Part shown: positions 63,071 to 64,000 of the stretch, in pieces
How positions within the stretch are numbered: the stretch's first letter is position 1
How the letters are laid out: each line of letters begins with the position of its first letter
Assembly: GCA_043228905.1 (NCBI GenBank)
Contig: JBHGNT010000014.1
Span: 17,670,001-17,734,000 of the forward strand
Direction: 5' to 3'
Source of the DNA: Azolla caroliniana
Taxonomy: Eukaryota > Plantae > Polypodiophyta
DNA length: 64,000 nt
The notes under the pieces: model-generated
The model's database searches: none
What the model saw: the letters and a program-made list of their open reading frames with translations, nothing else
What the model was told of the DNA's origin: nothing
Program-made: the position numbers and the translations under genes

Positions 63071-64000
63071 GAATAAAGCACAATGTAAAAAGTCCAAAAA
63101 TTAAAAGAAGAATGAAATTGAAGGAATATGAAGTTAGAGGCGTTTTCCAAAAGTAGAAAAACCAAGAAAAAAGAGAAAAGAAGAAAACGCAAGAAAATGG
63201 CAGAAAAAGCAAGGTAGAGAAAAAAGCTCATAACTTCTTCATCTCTTATCCAAATTTCAAAACAAAAGATTCATAAGAAAGCTAACAAAGAGAGCTTGCT
63301 TTTCTGATAAATTTGGAAACATAAAGCAGAAATAATGATATGAAAAAGGCATCACATAAACTCGAGCATATGTAAAAAGAAAAGAAAAGAAAAAAGCAAG
63401 AATAACAGAACTAAAAACCTATAAATATGAAGGTATTCTTAGCAATTGAGAAGAGAAAGGAAGAATAGAAGATCTACAAGAGAAGGAGGGAGTAAGATGA
63501 GAATATCTATAAGAAGAAGGGAGGAAGAATAAGGAGGCTAGAAAAAGTGAGAAGAAGCTTAGTAGAAGAAAGGGTGAAGAAGAAAAGACTATTTTCGATT
63601 ATTGTCATTGAGGTTAGAGTAGAGTTATTTGGGGTTGTTATTTGTAGAGTCTAAGAAGATGATATTGGTTTCCTAATAGTGTATTGAAGTATTTTTTCTC
63701 TTCCTCTACTCTTCTCTATCTTTTTCCTCACTCTCATCATCAGTACTCAACACTGATACTTATGTCATGAAAACAACTTGTTGAACATGGCGATACTCAT
63801 TGGTGGTATGTTGAACAATGGGTTGAGTCACATGGCATGAGCATAAATGCACTACCCCCTATACCTTGGATTGCTCCCAACTAAACATGACCAAAGTGGA
63901 AAAGAATAGAGTGATCCAAACTGATATTATTGACTTGGAAACAAAATAACATCGCTCAGCCCCACATCTCTTGGTAGGAAGATCGCCCACTATAAGACAC

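Overview
AT-rich, repeat-laden land-plant nuclear DNA; a fern or other non-angiosperm is my inference from the LINE types and protein divergence, and it cannot be proven from the sequence. Genes: the 3' exons of an unidentified gene (+, ends 3498), tRNA-Cys(GCA) (-), a 4-exon XTH (+), an intronless PRP6/STA1 spliceosomal gene whose N-terminal ubiquitin-like domain ends in a GG|MQ junction and carries a 52-aa repeat-derived insertion (+), an intronless RING-H2 E3 ligase (+), a divergent 5-exon XRI1-like gene (-), and 11 exons of an LRR/STK11IP-like gene (-, first exon outside the window). Mobile DNA: a complete but degenerate Ty1/copia element (5-bp TSD GAATC) with a nested TG..CA solo-LTR-like insert, two families of non-autonomous hAT-type elements with 8-bp TSDs, 5'-truncated L1 copies with 16-18-bp TSDs, a four-layer nested insertion cluster, an RTE-type LINE relic, a TRIM-like relic, and several mini/microsatellites. 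The best candidate for a new system is a possibly DUB-cleavable ubiquitin-Prp6 precursor. Exon models were derived by eye from GT-AG sites and phase consistency; protein family calls rest on remembered motifs, not database searches.
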